Notes: generated by a model from the sequence alone, not told the origin. A DNA stretch of 64,000 bases from Spirochaetia bacterium (GCA_034520965.1 JAXHMY010000001.1:864001-928000); one strand, 5' to 3'; numbered from the stretch's first letter, positions 7,104 through 18,152 are shown. Made by a program: numbers and translations.

Positions 7104-7850
7104 TCAAATGCGGCCCTTTAGGTAGTCCTGCCGCAGCTCCTCGGAAAATTTCTCGATGGCGTAGCGCAGCATTGTGCGGGGCATGGTGTTATATCGTGGC
7201 CGCAGAAATCCTTCCTCAGCCGCACGATCACGGTTGCCCACCTCACGCAGCATCCAGCCGACGGCCTTGTGGATAAGGTCGTGGGGGTGGTCCAGCAGCA
7301 GATCGGCGATGTTGAAGGTATCCTCGAACTCTCCGGCCCGGATAAAGGCAAAGGTGGTTATAATTGCAATGCGCTGGTGCCAGAGGTTTTCCGACCGGGC
7401 CAGTTTATAGAGGAGCATGCGCTGCTCCGGCTCGGCCAGCATCCAGGGCCCCAGGATGTAGTGAGCGCTGGTATCGACCAGATCCCAGTTGTTTACGTAG
7501 TCCATGTGCTCGATATACAGCCGGCGGAACTCCCGGCGCCGGTCGTCGCTGCAGCTCTTTAGCTTAGAGGCCTCCACCATAATCAGCAGTGCCGTCGAGC
7601 GCTGCTCGTGGATTTCGGAGCGCAGAAGCTGAGCCAGATCGTCGACCGAAATATCCCGGTACTTTTTTGCTATGCGCCGCTGCGCCGGCAGGGAGACTCC
7701 GATAAACGTATCCCCCTCACCGTACTCCCCCGGCCCAGTCTTAAAAAACCCCTGATGATGCCGAGCCTTCTCCGGATTTGCCTCGCGCTCCAGCGCAGCA
7801 CAAATGGCCGCGGCGCAGATAGTGTAACTAATAACACTATTTTGATACAT
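7104..7850 (-). CDS. DNA alkylation repair protein (AlkD-like)
   Basis: FFKTGPGEYGEGD, NNWDLVD, DLIHKAVGWMLRE and PRTMLRYAIEKF motifs. Confidence 0.92.
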   Translation of the reverse strand: MYQNSVISYTICAAAICAALEREANPEKARHHQGFFKTGPGEYGEGDTFIGVSLPAQRRIAKKYRDISVDDLAQLLRSEIHEQRSTALLIMVEASKLKSCSDDRRREFRRLYIEHMDYVNNWDLVDTSAHYILGPWMLAEPEQRMLLYKLARSENLWHQRIAIITTFAFIRAGEFEDTFNIADLLLDHPHDLIHKAVGWMLREVGNRDRAAEEGFLRPRYNTMPRTMLRYAIEKFSEELRQDYLKGRI

Positions 7851-7852
7851 AG

Positions 7853-8287
7853 CTATCGCAAAGCCTTAATTACAAAATCTTCTGGACTACGCTGTATTGT
7901 GATTGATAAGATATAGTAATCGAGTCCGTCTTTTTTCATCCCCATCGTGAAAGACATGGTATCAGACCCATTGTCAATAGTGCCATTCACAGAATCTCCG
8001 CTAATATTGTAATCGATAATGTGTGTGCCATAATAGTCCAGTGGCCCCCAATCATAGCCTGAAGTCTTCATGTCAGACCTCTCATCTGTATCACTATGAA
8101 AATGTTCGTAAAGTTTACTATATTTGCCGGAAGACAAATCGTCATTAAAAGAATCAACTCTATCACTTATTGAAGTTCCAAACCAATTTACAAACATATC
8201 ACATGAACCGATTGAAATAGTTATTAAAACAAGAAACAAGAAATAGACCAGCCTTTCATTCACGAAAGTTTTTTTTTCTGAACTCAT
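7853..8287 (-). CDS. Hypothetical lipoprotein
   Basis: Hydrophobic signal with IGSC lipobox; AT-rich. Confidence 0.65.
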   Translation of the reverse strand: MSSEKKTFVNERLVYFLFLVLITISIGSCDMFVNWFGTSISDRVDSFNDDLSSGKYSKLYEHFHSDTDERSDMKTSGYDWGPLDYYGTHIIDYNISGDSVNGTIDNGSDTMSFTMGMKKDGLDYYILSITIQRSPEDFVIKALR

Positions 8288-8302
8288 TTTGAGCCTCCTA
8301 AA

Positions 8303-9337
8303 CTACATCATATCCGCATCGATTAAATGCGGAATAATAATTTTTTCAAAATTATTTAAAATGCGCTTGTGTATTGCTAAAAAACCTCTTAATTCTTTAC
8401 TCTCTGCCTGATCAATATATGCAGTATTTAAAGAAAGATACATTCTACCCAGAACAAAACGCCGTATAGAAAAAGCCGATTTTGCATAGTAACGAAGGGT
8501 AATGTAAGCATTATGATACTTAAGCTCCAATGGATAAACTATCTCATTATAATATTTTTTCCTGTCATCATTTTCTAGCTTCAATAGTTTTTCTCTTTCA
8601 TCTTCGAGTTCGCTTTTCAAAGTTTCAGTCAAAGGTGCCAGCTTATTTATCTGCTTCACAAAGCCGTTGAAGCGGCGTTCCAGGCCGCGGGCGGAGGCGA
8701 CGGGGTCGTCGATGAAGGCGTCGCGGCGCTCCTGGCGCCAGGTGCTGTAGTCGATTTGGCCGCGCTTTACATCGAACTTTTCGCCGGGCTGTTCGCCGGG
8801 GCGCACTTCTACGCCCTCCTCCGGGCCCAGGGAGACGGTTTTGCCCTCGGCCTCTACATCGACCAGGCCGGATTGTACTACGAACAGGGAGGAGCCGTCC
8901 TCGCCGGCGGCCACGGTAAGCTCGGTGCCGCGGACGCCCGCTGCGGCGCTGGGGGTGGTGATGCGCGGCTCACGGTCGCCGGCAATCCTGTCGAAGCGGT
9001 AGGAGATGCTGCCCAGGGTGCAGCGCAAGACGCTGCGCTCCCTGCCGGAGGAGATCTCCGAGTCGATGGTAAAGATGGTATCCGACTCGACGGTGATGGT
9101 GCCGGAATTGCTCTGCTCCAGCTCGGCAAAACCATCCAGGCCCGTGATAACTGAGTCGCCGCCGCGGAGGTCGTCGCCGATGTAGGCGGGAATTCTATCG
9201 CCCCCCCGGCGGTCGATGTCCACCCGGCCCTCGCGGTAGACCAATTGGGCATCCATGGCAAGGATGGCCCCACTCTGTAACATAAGCATCAAAACAAGGG
9301 CAATGCTGACTCTGAGAATATGTGCTGATGGTTTCAT
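8303..9337 (-). CDS. Exported FecR-domain protein
   Basis: Signal peptide; GDSVITG, TPSAAAGVRGT and VQSGLVDV FecR-type motifs; helical C-terminus. Confidence 0.85.
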   Translation of the reverse strand: MKPSAHILRVSIALVLMLMLQSGAILAMDAQLVYREGRVDIDRRGGDRIPAYIGDDLRGGDSVITGLDGFAELEQSNSGTITVESDTIFTIDSEISSGRERSVLRCTLGSISYRFDRIAGDREPRITTPSAAAGVRGTELTVAAGEDGSSLFVVQSGLVDVEAEGKTVSLGPEEGVEVRPGEQPGEKFDVKRGQIDYSTWRQERRDAFIDDPVASARGLERRFNGFVKQINKLAPLTETLKSELEDEREKLLKLENDDRKKYYNEIVYPLELKYHNAYITLRYYAKSAFSIRRFVLGRMYLSLNTAYIDQAESKELRGFLAIHKRILNNFEKIIIPHLIDADMM

Positions 9338-9795
9338 TGCAGGGGTCCTTTCACGCCGACCACTATCGGGTAGCCCAGTTTTTTTCCAGATAATAATAAG
9401 AGGAAACGTCCGTAGTTCGTAGAAATTTCGGCAAAAGCCGGATTATCCGGCAGGGAGTGCTCGAAGAAGACCCGGACCTGGGCGGTGTCGGCAAAGCGGG
9501 TGTACTGTGCCGGGCCGGCGGGGACGAGGGTGAGGAGCCGGGCGTCGGAGAGGAAGCCGGAGGCGGAGAGGTTTTCCCACATGAGCTGGGCGTCGCGCTC
9601 GGTGGTGAGGATTTCGCCGTCGAAAAGAAAGGGGACGTGAGTGAGGTTGGCGGCCTTTTGGGGGTCGCGTTGGTGCAGTTCGTACAGCAGGTTTTGGACG
9701 CTGCTCTCGCGCTGCGAGACCGGCATGCCGGCGCATCCGGCGAACAGGAGCAGCAGGGCTGCGAACATGGCGGTTCGGGTGAATAGCTTTCGCAT
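9334..9795 (-). CDS. Hypothetical lipoprotein
   Basis: FAGC lipobox; GGAGG RBS; overlaps the start of the FecR gene. Confidence 0.7.
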   Translation of the reverse strand: MRKLFTRTAMFAALLLLFAGCAGMPVSQRESSVQNLLYELHQRDPQKAANLTHVPFLFDGEILTTERDAQLMWENLSASGFLSDARLLTLVPAGPAQYTRFADTAQVRVFFEHSLPDNPAFAEISTNYGRFLLLLSGKKLGYPIVVGVKGPLQ

Positions 9796-9933
9796 AGTGC
9801 CTCCGGCTTGTGTGTTTTATAGATAGTATAATATCGCAGCTTGCCGTAAAAAGCAAAGACATCTGTAAAAGGGAAGGTGCTTTTCCGAAACGGGGCCAAA
9901 GGGCACCGGAAGGGCGCTGCGTCAACTGACCGG

Positions 9934-12066
9934 TCACTGCTGAAGTGAGTTTTCCCTGCCCGCAACTTCAAAGATAGAGACTTCCTCAGCCTTGCCCTTT
10001 ACCCATTCCTTTCCGACATAGCGAATTTCGTACTGCTCAGGTTTGGAAAGGCAGCCGTGGGTAGCCTCGCTTATGGCAATTCCGATGTTAAGCTTCTTGG
10101 TAAGCGCTTCTACACGGCTGGCCAGGTTCACCGCATCGGAGATAACCGTGCCGTCCATACGCTGGTTCTCGCCCACGGTTCCCAGCATAAGCTCGCCGGT
10201 ATGTAGGCCGACTCCAAAGTTGATCGGCTGGTAACCCACTTTGCTGCGGTCCTGGTTGTACTGTACCAGTTCCTCTCGCAGGTGGATGGCCGCTTCAACT
10301 GCGTCTTCAGCCCGATCGGGAAACAAAGCCATGATGCCGTCGCCCATATATTTGTCCACAAAGCCTCTATGCGCGCGGATGATCGGCCCCATGCGGCTTA
10401 GAAAGGAGTTGATAAAACGAAAGTTTTCTTCCGGGGTGAGCTTTTCCGAGAGGCTGGTAAAATCGCGAATATCCGCAAACAGAACGGTCATCCGGTGGTT
10501 GGCGTGATCGCCCAGTTTTATCTCCATCACATTTTCTTTCTTTAGGAAGCGCAGAAACTCCCGCGGAACAAAACGTTCCATCGATTCGTTTAACTGCAGC
10601 AGGTGAGCGGACATCTGCTCGGATTTTTGAAAGGCTTTGGCAAACTTTTGTGTCATTACCATCGACTGAAACAGGATAAAAATCAGAAGTCCGAAGGGTA
10701 CCAAAAATATTGAGGGAAGCACTAACATTGTTTTAGCTATATCATGGATCACAGTGATAAAGAGCAGAGAGAACCCGATGATAAACAACCAGGCTCCGGG
10801 CCCATGATGCCGAGCAGCCTGGAATAGGATGTAAAATACATACAGGGCTACCGCCACGGTAAACAGCTGAAACAGAGACAGCCACCGCATGTAGAAAGTA
10901 CTGGGGAAAACTACTATCAGCAGCGTGTAAATCAGAGCTACCACCTCGATGAGCCGCTGGGCGTAGGGGTGCACGTGTTCCTTAAACAAACAGTGAATAA
11001 AGCGGAAAAAGAATATCACCCCAAAAGTAAAGGTAATGTATCCGATGCGTGCCAACAAAGGCCAGGGGAGGTCGGGTATAAATTTTAGAATAGCCAACTC
11101 TTCATACACGACAATCCGTGTGGCCAGCACGAAGGTAAACAGGGCAAAGTAGAGGGGCGACCGGTCACTGCGGCGGAAATAGTACAAACCCAGATGGTAG
11201 ATGCCCATGATAATCAGCGCTCCGAACAGAAACATGTCGTACATGAGGCGGTTTTGGCGCAAATCTCTTACCTGATCCGCCGTACCAAGATAGATTGATT
11301 CGTTAATTCCGCTGGAGCGGTCGCGATAACTTGATACCTGTATCAGAAGCTGTATGTCCCGTGTTTCAGGCTGAAAGCTTACTACTTCCGGCCGCCATTC
11401 GGGCCGGGCGATTTCGCGACTTTCTCCGACTGTGCCGGAACTGTAGATTAAGCGGCCATTGATATACAGCCGGGCGGCGGTGCCGATAAAACCGATTTTA
11501 AGCCCTATTTCCTCGGGATGTTTGGCGGGCAGACGGATGTTCAGCCGGTAGGTGCCGTAACCGTAGCCGCTTTTTGGGGCTGCAGGCACAATCGAAGGAC
11601 TTCACCTGCCGGGAACGGGAATAAGCTGGGCCGGTTGTTGGGCGGGCCGTATTTCTTGGGCGGGGCCCTGGGGTCGGGCCGGGGCCGGTTGATCTGCGTC
11701 GGACAGGGCCGGTTCGTTTGAGCCGGCCGGGGACGCTTGATCTGAGCCGGCCGGGCTCGGGGGCTCCAGAAATTCCCGCCACACAAACCGCCACATGCCG
11801 TCGAGCTTTAGAGGGCCCTGCTGCTCGAAGGAGTAATCCGAGAGATCGAGCCGACCGCCCTCTACCAGGGGCTCTGCTACCCGGCCCCCTTCTACCTGGG
11901 GCTCTTCGGCGTTTAAAGGGGGAAGGGTGCCGAGGACAAGCGCACACAAAATACTTATCACGGCAGCACATATAAATAGCGAAGTCCGAGGCTTGTGCCC
12001 AAGGCTCCTGCCCGGCACTGCTGCTAAACGAAATCGGCTTGTGTACCTTGCATTTGAGTTTCTCAC
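9934..12066 (-). CDS. Membrane adenylate/guanylate cyclase with 7TM-DISM-like sensor, interrupted by an in-frame TGA at 11602-11604
   Basis: Class III cyclase motifs FADIRDFT, DKYMGDGIMA and SDAVNLASR. ORFs 11602-12066 and 9934-11589 share one frame; the TGA sits at the Trp of the VPGxW motif. Confidence 0.85.
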
Positions 12067-12238
12067 AACAGGGCTTAGTATAACGAGAAAATATTTTTTT
12101 GTCTCAATAAATTGATTTCAGAAAAATCGTGGGTGCGAATTGTAGATTCATCACTTCATTGACCTCGAGCCGCATCAAAGCTATGCTATAATTTATCAGT
12201 TGTTCGGGCTTTAATATCGCTGCAAGAAGGAGTCTTCC

Positions 12239-13234
12239 GTGAAAAAGAAAATAGTTGTTTTTGCCACCAGCTTTCAAGATGAGCTGCTGACCCACCCCGA
12301 GGGGGAAGGCGAGCCGGCGCGGCAGCTGCGGCAGGCTGCCGAAGGCAACTCTTTAGAGTTGGATTTTAGGTGCGACCGTAACCCGGGAACTCCGCCTTCT
12401 GCCGAAGAGCTTAAGGCTGTGGTGGCCCTGATAGCCGACCTCGAAAAGTGGGACCGAAGATTGCTTGAACAGGTGGGCCAAGCAAAGGGCGGCGATTTGG
12501 GTCTGCTGGCCCGATACGGCATCGGGTACAACAGCATTGATATAACTGCCGCCCGCGAAGCGGGGGTTCATGTTACCAACACTCCGGGGGCCAGCTCCCA
12601 GCCTACCGCCGAGTGGGCCGTCTCCACCCTGCTGGATGTAGCCGGTCGCCGAATTCCCCACCACTCGCGAGCCGGTGGCGGACTTACTAAAAGCGGTCCC
12701 TCCCGTCTGGATATAAGCGGAAAAACCCTGGGAATAATCGGAACGGGAAATATCGGCAGACAGGTGGCCGCAATGCTGAGCGGTTTCGGACTCAAGCTGC
12801 TCGCAGCCGACCTGTACCCAAACCATGAATGGGCAAGGGCTCACGGGGTAGAGTACACAGATATAGGAAGCCTGTGCGAACAGGCCGACTTTATTACCCT
12901 CCACGCCTCCGGCGGCAGCCGGCTGATAGAAGCGGCTGAGATTGCCCGCATGCATCCGACCACCGTACTAGTAAACTGTGCCCGGGGAGTACTGGTAGAC
13001 AACCGGGCCGTGTATGAGGCAGTTCGCGACGGACGGATATACGGATACGGTATTGATGAGGTGTGGGAGCATTGGGATATGCCCCTTACCTCCGACCTTA
13101 ATATTACCGCCAGCCCGCATGTGGGCTCGGATACCGATTTAGGAAAACTGCGGATGCAGCAGCTTTCAGCCCAAGCTGTTATCGACTATATCGACGGAAG
13201 AGAACCTCAGTACATCGTCAACAAGGAGAGCTGA
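12239..13234 (+). CDS. D-isomer-specific 2-hydroxyacid dehydrogenase (SerA-like)
   Basis: GIIGTGNIG, NCARG and SPHVG motifs. Confidence 0.88.
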   Translation: MKKKIVVFATSFQDELLTHPEGEGEPARQLRQAAEGNSLELDFRCDRNPGTPPSAEELKAVVALIADLEKWDRRLLEQVGQAKGGDLGLLARYGIGYNSIDITAAREAGVHVTNTPGASSQPTAEWAVSTLLDVAGRRIPHHSRAGGGLTKSGPSRLDISGKTLGIIGTGNIGRQVAAMLSGFGLKLLAADLYPNHEWARAHGVEYTDIGSLCEQADFITLHASGGSRLIEAAEIARMHPTTVLVNCARGVLVDNRAVYEAVRDGRIYGYGIDEVWEHWDMPLTSDLNITASPHVGSDTDLGKLRMQQLSAQAVIDYIDGREPQYIVNKES

Positions 13235-13333
13235 CACATGAGGCGTAGATACGCATTGTCTTTTTGGTTCTAAAGTTGTATTTTTTACCTGTACTTTCTA
13301 CCTGAACTTTGGGGGAAAATATGGGGGGAAAAT

Positions 13334-14074
13334 ATGAATAAAGAAATTGAAACGATTGTAAGCGATCTTAAAGAGAACTTTGTGCCGGTGCTGCAGGAGC
13401 TGTTTGCCGACGACCTGCAGGGGGTAATTATGTATGGTTCGGCCGCCAAAGGAACCTATGTGGCCGGGGTCTCGGATGTAAACCTGCTGCTGCTGACCGG
13501 CGAGACGCATCCCGAAGCAATTATGAAGCTGGGAAACCGGGCTAAAAAAACCATTCACAAACACCGGCTTTCTGTGCAGTTTCTCACTACCAGTGAGTTT
13601 GAAAACTCGGCCGACGTATTTCCGATGGAATACCTGGATATACAAAACTCGCATATCCTTGTGTGGGGTTCCGCGGACCTGGACTCACTCAAAATAGAAT
13701 CAACCTACCTGCGCCATCAGGTAGAAGAACGTCTGCGGGGCAGCGTGCACGCACTTCGGCAGGCACTCTTCGCATCCCAGGGAAAAGCCAAGCTGCTCTC
13801 GGGGGTTCTAAAAGAGTGGTTCGGCTCGCAAACGGCGCTCTTACGGGCGGTATTACGCCTGGCGGAGGTGTCGAGTATTCCGGAGAACTCCCGGGAACTG
13901 GTCGATGCAATTGGTTCGACCTTCGAACTGGACTCGTCTGCTCTTTATCCGCTTGTGCAGCTGCGGGAGGGCGACAAGAGCGGTGACGCGGCCCAAATTG
14001 CAGTGCAGACTCTGCAGTTTCTTACCCAGTTGGTACGAAAGGTCGATGCGATGGAGACAGGGAGCAGCTCGTAA
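13334..14074 (+). CDS. Nucleotidyltransferase-domain protein (Pol beta fold)
   Basis: MYGSAAKG...SDVNLL motif; DVFPMEYLDI. Confidence 0.75.
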   Translation: MNKEIETIVSDLKENFVPVLQELFADDLQGVIMYGSAAKGTYVAGVSDVNLLLLTGETHPEAIMKLGNRAKKTIHKHRLSVQFLTTSEFENSADVFPMEYLDIQNSHILVWGSADLDSLKIESTYLRHQVEERLRGSVHALRQALFASQGKAKLLSGVLKEWFGSQTALLRAVLRLAEVSSIPENSRELVDAIGSTFELDSSALYPLVQLREGDKSGDAAQIAVQTLQFLTQLVRKVDAMETGSSS

Positions 14075-14880
14075 TGAAAGGGTTTCATAGACAAATTACA
14101 TTCTTAAGCGTGGCGGGAGTCTTGCTGCTGCTCAGCGCACTCCCAGTCCTCTCTGCACAGTCAATTCCCGATTACCGTGGCTTTGTAAACGACTTTGCAG
14201 GGGTGATAGATTCGGACTCCGCCGGTAAAATTGAAGCGGTGGCCCGGAAGGTCCAGGAAACCACCGGCGCGGAGATTGCGGTGGTAACTATCGATACGGT
14301 TGAACCCTATGCCGATGTAGACCAATACTCAATTGAACTGGCAGAGCAGTGGCAAGTTGGCCAGGAAGGCGAGGATAACGGGATTATTTTTCTAATGACC
14401 CTGGAAGAGCGGCAGGTTCGTATGGAAGTGGGCTACGGTCTGGAGGGAGCAATTCCCGACGGGCGGGCCGGCGAGATACTCGATGAGGCGGTACTGCCCT
14501 ATTTGAGCCAAGGAGAGTACGGAAAGGGATTTCTGGCAGGCACGGTTGAGGCGGCCCGGGAGATTGCCGATGAGTACAACGTGGAACTGGGAAGCCTGGA
14601 TGCCCCGCCGATGGCGTCGCAGTCCGGCGGTTCCGCAGGCAGCGACGGCAGCAGCGGCAGCGGAACTCCCGGCAGACTCATATTCTTAGTATTGATCCTC
14701 TTCCTCGGCGGAGGACGGATGTTCCTGCCCATGCTTTTACTAGGCGGGATTACCGGTGGACGCCACTATCGCGGGGGCTTCGGCTCTTCTGGATTCGGCG
14801 GCGGCAGCTTTGGAGGAGGCGGCTTCGGCGGCTTCGGCGGCGGCGGCTTTGGCGGCGGCGGTGCCAGCCGCGGCTTTTAA
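14074..14880 (+). CDS. TPM-domain (YgcG family) membrane protein
   Basis: VNDFAGVI, DNGIIFL, EVGYGLEG and Gly-rich GGGGASRGF tail. Confidence 0.92.
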   Translation: MKGFHRQITFLSVAGVLLLLSALPVLSAQSIPDYRGFVNDFAGVIDSDSAGKIEAVARKVQETTGAEIAVVTIDTVEPYADVDQYSIELAEQWQVGQEGEDNGIIFLMTLEERQVRMEVGYGLEGAIPDGRAGEILDEAVLPYLSQGEYGKGFLAGTVEAAREIADEYNVELGSLDAPPMASQSGGSAGSDGSSGSGTPGRLIFLVLILFLGGGRMFLPMLLLGGITGGRHYRGGFGSSGFGGGSFGGGGFGGFGGGGFGGGGASRGF

Positions 14881-14886
14881 GAGCTT

Positions 14887-14936
14887 GGCGCCTTCATAAA
14901 ACAAGACGTTTTGCAATCGTCAGTTTTGAAGGCGCC
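14887..14936. repeat. Intergenic hairpin between the TPM gene and lemA
   Basis: GGCGCCTTCA...TGAAGGCGCC arms with an imperfect inner stem. Confidence 0.5.
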
Positions 14937-14992
14937 TGTAAAGAGTGCATTTTTAAATAACAAATTTTCGGAACATCAATTCGGAGGAATGA

Positions 14993-15577
14993 ATGAGCGG
15001 TAAAAGCAGAGCGGGCTTTATAATTAGCCTCGCAATAGTGGTAATAATAGTAATCAGCCTGTTTTCCTGGTTTGTGGGTACCCGTAACCAAATGGTGACC
15101 CTGGAAGAGAGAATTGACGCCTCCTGGGCCGAGGTAGATAACCAGCTGCAGCGGCGCAGCGACCTGATACCGAACCTGGTAGAGACGGTAAAGGGTTTTG
15201 CCTCGCAGGAAAGTGAGGTGTTTACCAACATCGCCGACGCGCGGGCCAAGCTGGCGGGTGCCAAAGGGGTGGAAGAGACAGCCGAGGGCTATAACGAGAT
15301 GCAGGGGGCCCTCAGCCGGCTGCTGGTGGTGGTTGAGAACTACCCCGAGCTTAAGTCGAACGAGAACTTTATACGACTGCAGGATGAGCTGGCGGGCACC
15401 GAGAACCGGATTGCCGTGGCCCGTAAACGCTACAATGAGGCGGTGGAGCAGTTTAACCGGCGCATCCGGATGTTTCCCGGCTCGATTATCGCTAATATGT
15501 TGGGAATGGAAAAACAGCCCTACTTTGAGATTGAAGAGAGTGCCCGGGATGTTCCAGAGGTGGATTTTGGCTCATAA
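14993..15577 (+). CDS. lemA: LemA family protein
   Basis: QRRSDLIPNLV, ENYPELK and TENRIAVAR motifs. Confidence 0.95.
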   Translation: MSGKSRAGFIISLAIVVIIVISLFSWFVGTRNQMVTLEERIDASWAEVDNQLQRRSDLIPNLVETVKGFASQESEVFTNIADARAKLAGAKGVEETAEGYNEMQGALSRLLVVVENYPELKSNENFIRLQDELAGTENRIAVARKRYNEAVEQFNRRIRMFPGSIIANMLGMEKQPYFEIEESARDVPEVDFGS

Positions 15578-15587
15578 GCCCATACTA

Positions 15588-17916
15588 CTAACTTAAATCG
15601 TAGCCCAATGTCCTTATCGAGGATTTTGCCTGCTTAAGCACCGATAAAATCTGTTCGTAGTACTGGCCGGCTTGTTCGCCACCCCTCTCTAAGCCTTCAG
15701 GCCCCTCTGTCCCTTCGGATCTTGCGTCCCCCTCTGCAAAAGAGGCCTGGAGCTCTTCCGTCAGAGAAACCAGCCGCTCATAGTGTTCACGAAAGGTGAT
15801 AAAGTTATCGTAACCGGCCAGATCGGACTTTGAAGCTGCCTCTACCCATTGGCTGAGCCAGGTCTTAGTAAGATCCGGTGCCTGCTCGCTGCGATTCTCA
15901 TCGTTTATCCAATTGAGAATCCGGACTATCCATTCCTGCAGGACCAAGGCACCGATGGTAAATTGGGTTTGGGAGCTTCTTTTTTCGGTGTCGACCCGGG
16001 TTCCTGCAGCTCCAACAGTTGAACCGTCCGCCGCAGAAGCAACTGCATCGCCCGGCTCCTCACCGCCTTCGTCATTCTGTTCCACGATTTTGAACTGACG
16101 AATTTCACCGGCTAATTTAGAGGCATTCTCGGTATTACGAATGACTATATCAGTCATATTGCCCTGGGCAAAGTTCACGCTTTGGGTTTTATCAGTAAGC
16201 TCTTTTAAATGACCCATTGTATCCCGGGAAAAAGTACGCAGCGACTGCAGTGTTTTTGAGATATCCCCCACTCCACTGGTCATTTCATCGGAGCCCGACT
16301 GAATTTCATGGGTTACATTCTGCAGGGTAGATACCGCGTTCAGCATCTCTTCGCTGCCAGAGGAAAGCTCGCCGGCGCTGGCGGCTATCTCGCCAAAAGC
16401 CTCCACAAAACTGCGCACCTCACGATCAACATCTTCAAAAGTTCTGCCTGTTTCGGCACTAATTTCGGTTGCCTGCTGTATACGCCCAACGATCTCTTTC
16501 AACCTCCCGGATATTTGCTTGGCGCTTCCGCTGGTTGAAGTAGACAGGTTACGAATCTCGTCCGCCACCACCGCAAAGCCTCGGCCGGCGTCACCGGCAT
16601 GGGCTGCCTCAATGGCCGCGTTCATCGCCAACAGGTTAGTTTGGGCGGCAACCTTATTTATCACCGTAATCATCTCCTGCATATCCTGAATGCTCACCCC
16701 AATTTCCTGAATGATATCGTTGGTTTGGGAAACCTTTTTTCCACCTTCACCGGTTATTTGGGCCAACTCTTCTCCCGCCTGTTGGCGGTCTTCGGTTATC
16801 CGCGCCACCGACTGAATCGATGAGTTCATCTCTTCTATGGCTGCTGAGGTCTCGGTCACCGAAGAAGATTGGTTTTCAATTTGTGTCCCCACACTTTTAA
16901 TGGTGGCATCAATCTGCTCGGCCGCCGAAGAGGCCTCGTTGATGCGGTTATCCAGGCTGTACATCTGGCTGCGCATTGTTCCAAGTTCCTCGGCCATCTG
17001 ATTGGTAAAAATCAGTGTCCCTTCAACCTGATTAGAGATCTCCTCGCTGTTGTCTTGCGAAAAGTGAACCATCTCCTGAATACCGGCTAACATCTGACGC
17101 AGTTTTTCAATCAGGTTAGCATCAAAATCGTGGGACAAATAATTGAACTCACGAATACTGCTTTTTAGCGCCACCCTGCGGGTAAGATCTCCGGTCCCTA
17201 TTTCTTTGATCACCTGTTCCAGACGTTCAATCGGTCCAGCATAGGCACGCCTCATCAAGATCGCCATTAAAATGGCAATTAAAATAAAAGCAAATCCAAG
17301 AAGTATAGTCAGACGACGAATAAAGACAGTGCTTGCTTGATAGTCTTCCATTACCGCCGACACTCCAATTACCCAATCCCACTCCTCAAAATAAGAATAC
17401 ACCGCCAGCTTGTCCTGCAGCGGGGCGCTTTTTGAACATTCTCCAGGGGTATTCCATGACTGCTGTTTCGCCGCTGTCCAGTTGATGAGCCTCTTCAAGC
17501 ATATCTTTTATAAAGTAGCGACCCGAGTCGTCCTGAGCATCGATAATGCTCTCCCCATCCCGCTCGCGCCCTTCTGAAAGCACATAATTCCCGTATTTAT
17601 CCAAAATGAAAACATAGCCATTTTCCCCTACATTCACCTGCTCCAGATATTCCAACAGATTGGCTTGGTACATCTGGGAGAAATACTCCATACTGCCGTT
17701 TCCGGCCATTGACTTCTTCAGAGCCTCGTAATAATCCTGTTCGACCATCAGCGATATAAGCTCGGACTGCTCCTGCAGATTTTGCTTTACATTTTGATCG
17801 AGCTGATTAGCTATCTGTACATACAGTACAGCTCCGGCGATGATCACGGGTAGAATAAATGCGAATATCGAGACAACCAACAGGTGTATTCGCAGGGGTA
17901 ATCCGGTGTGCTTCAT
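15588..17916 (-). CDS. Methyl-accepting chemotaxis protein (Cache-HAMP-MA), frameshift near 17435
   Basis: Cache motif GYVFILD...YPW in ORF 17386-17943; [31 protein letters not shown] in ORF 15588-17498. Confidence 0.9.
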
Positions 17917-18152
17917 TGTGCATCTCCTTACTAATTTGTTCATTAATGTGCTAATTTACTCTATCCCTCAAGTTAAACGAACATATTCTATAATCACATA
18001 AATTAAATAATCAAATTTTATCGATTACGCAAAGATAGTACCACTCAGCCCCTTGAAAGGAATAATTCAGACCAGTATAGTATGAACAGTTTACAGTTAA
18101 AACCCCACTAAGGGGTTATACCACAAGATAATATATATATAAGGAGAGCGAT

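Noticed and set aside
11602..11604. TGA as selenocysteine or genetic code 4 Trp
   Set aside because: The position corresponds to Trp rather than Cys, and TGA ends other intact genes in the window.
14760..14880. GGC-rich tandem sequence
   Set aside because: Encodes the normal Gly-rich tail of TPM/YgcG proteins.
14887..14936. Intergenic hairpins (also 4808-4840) as additional attC sites
   Set aside because: No flanking AAC/GTT cores, and the neighbouring genes are ordinary chromosomal genes.
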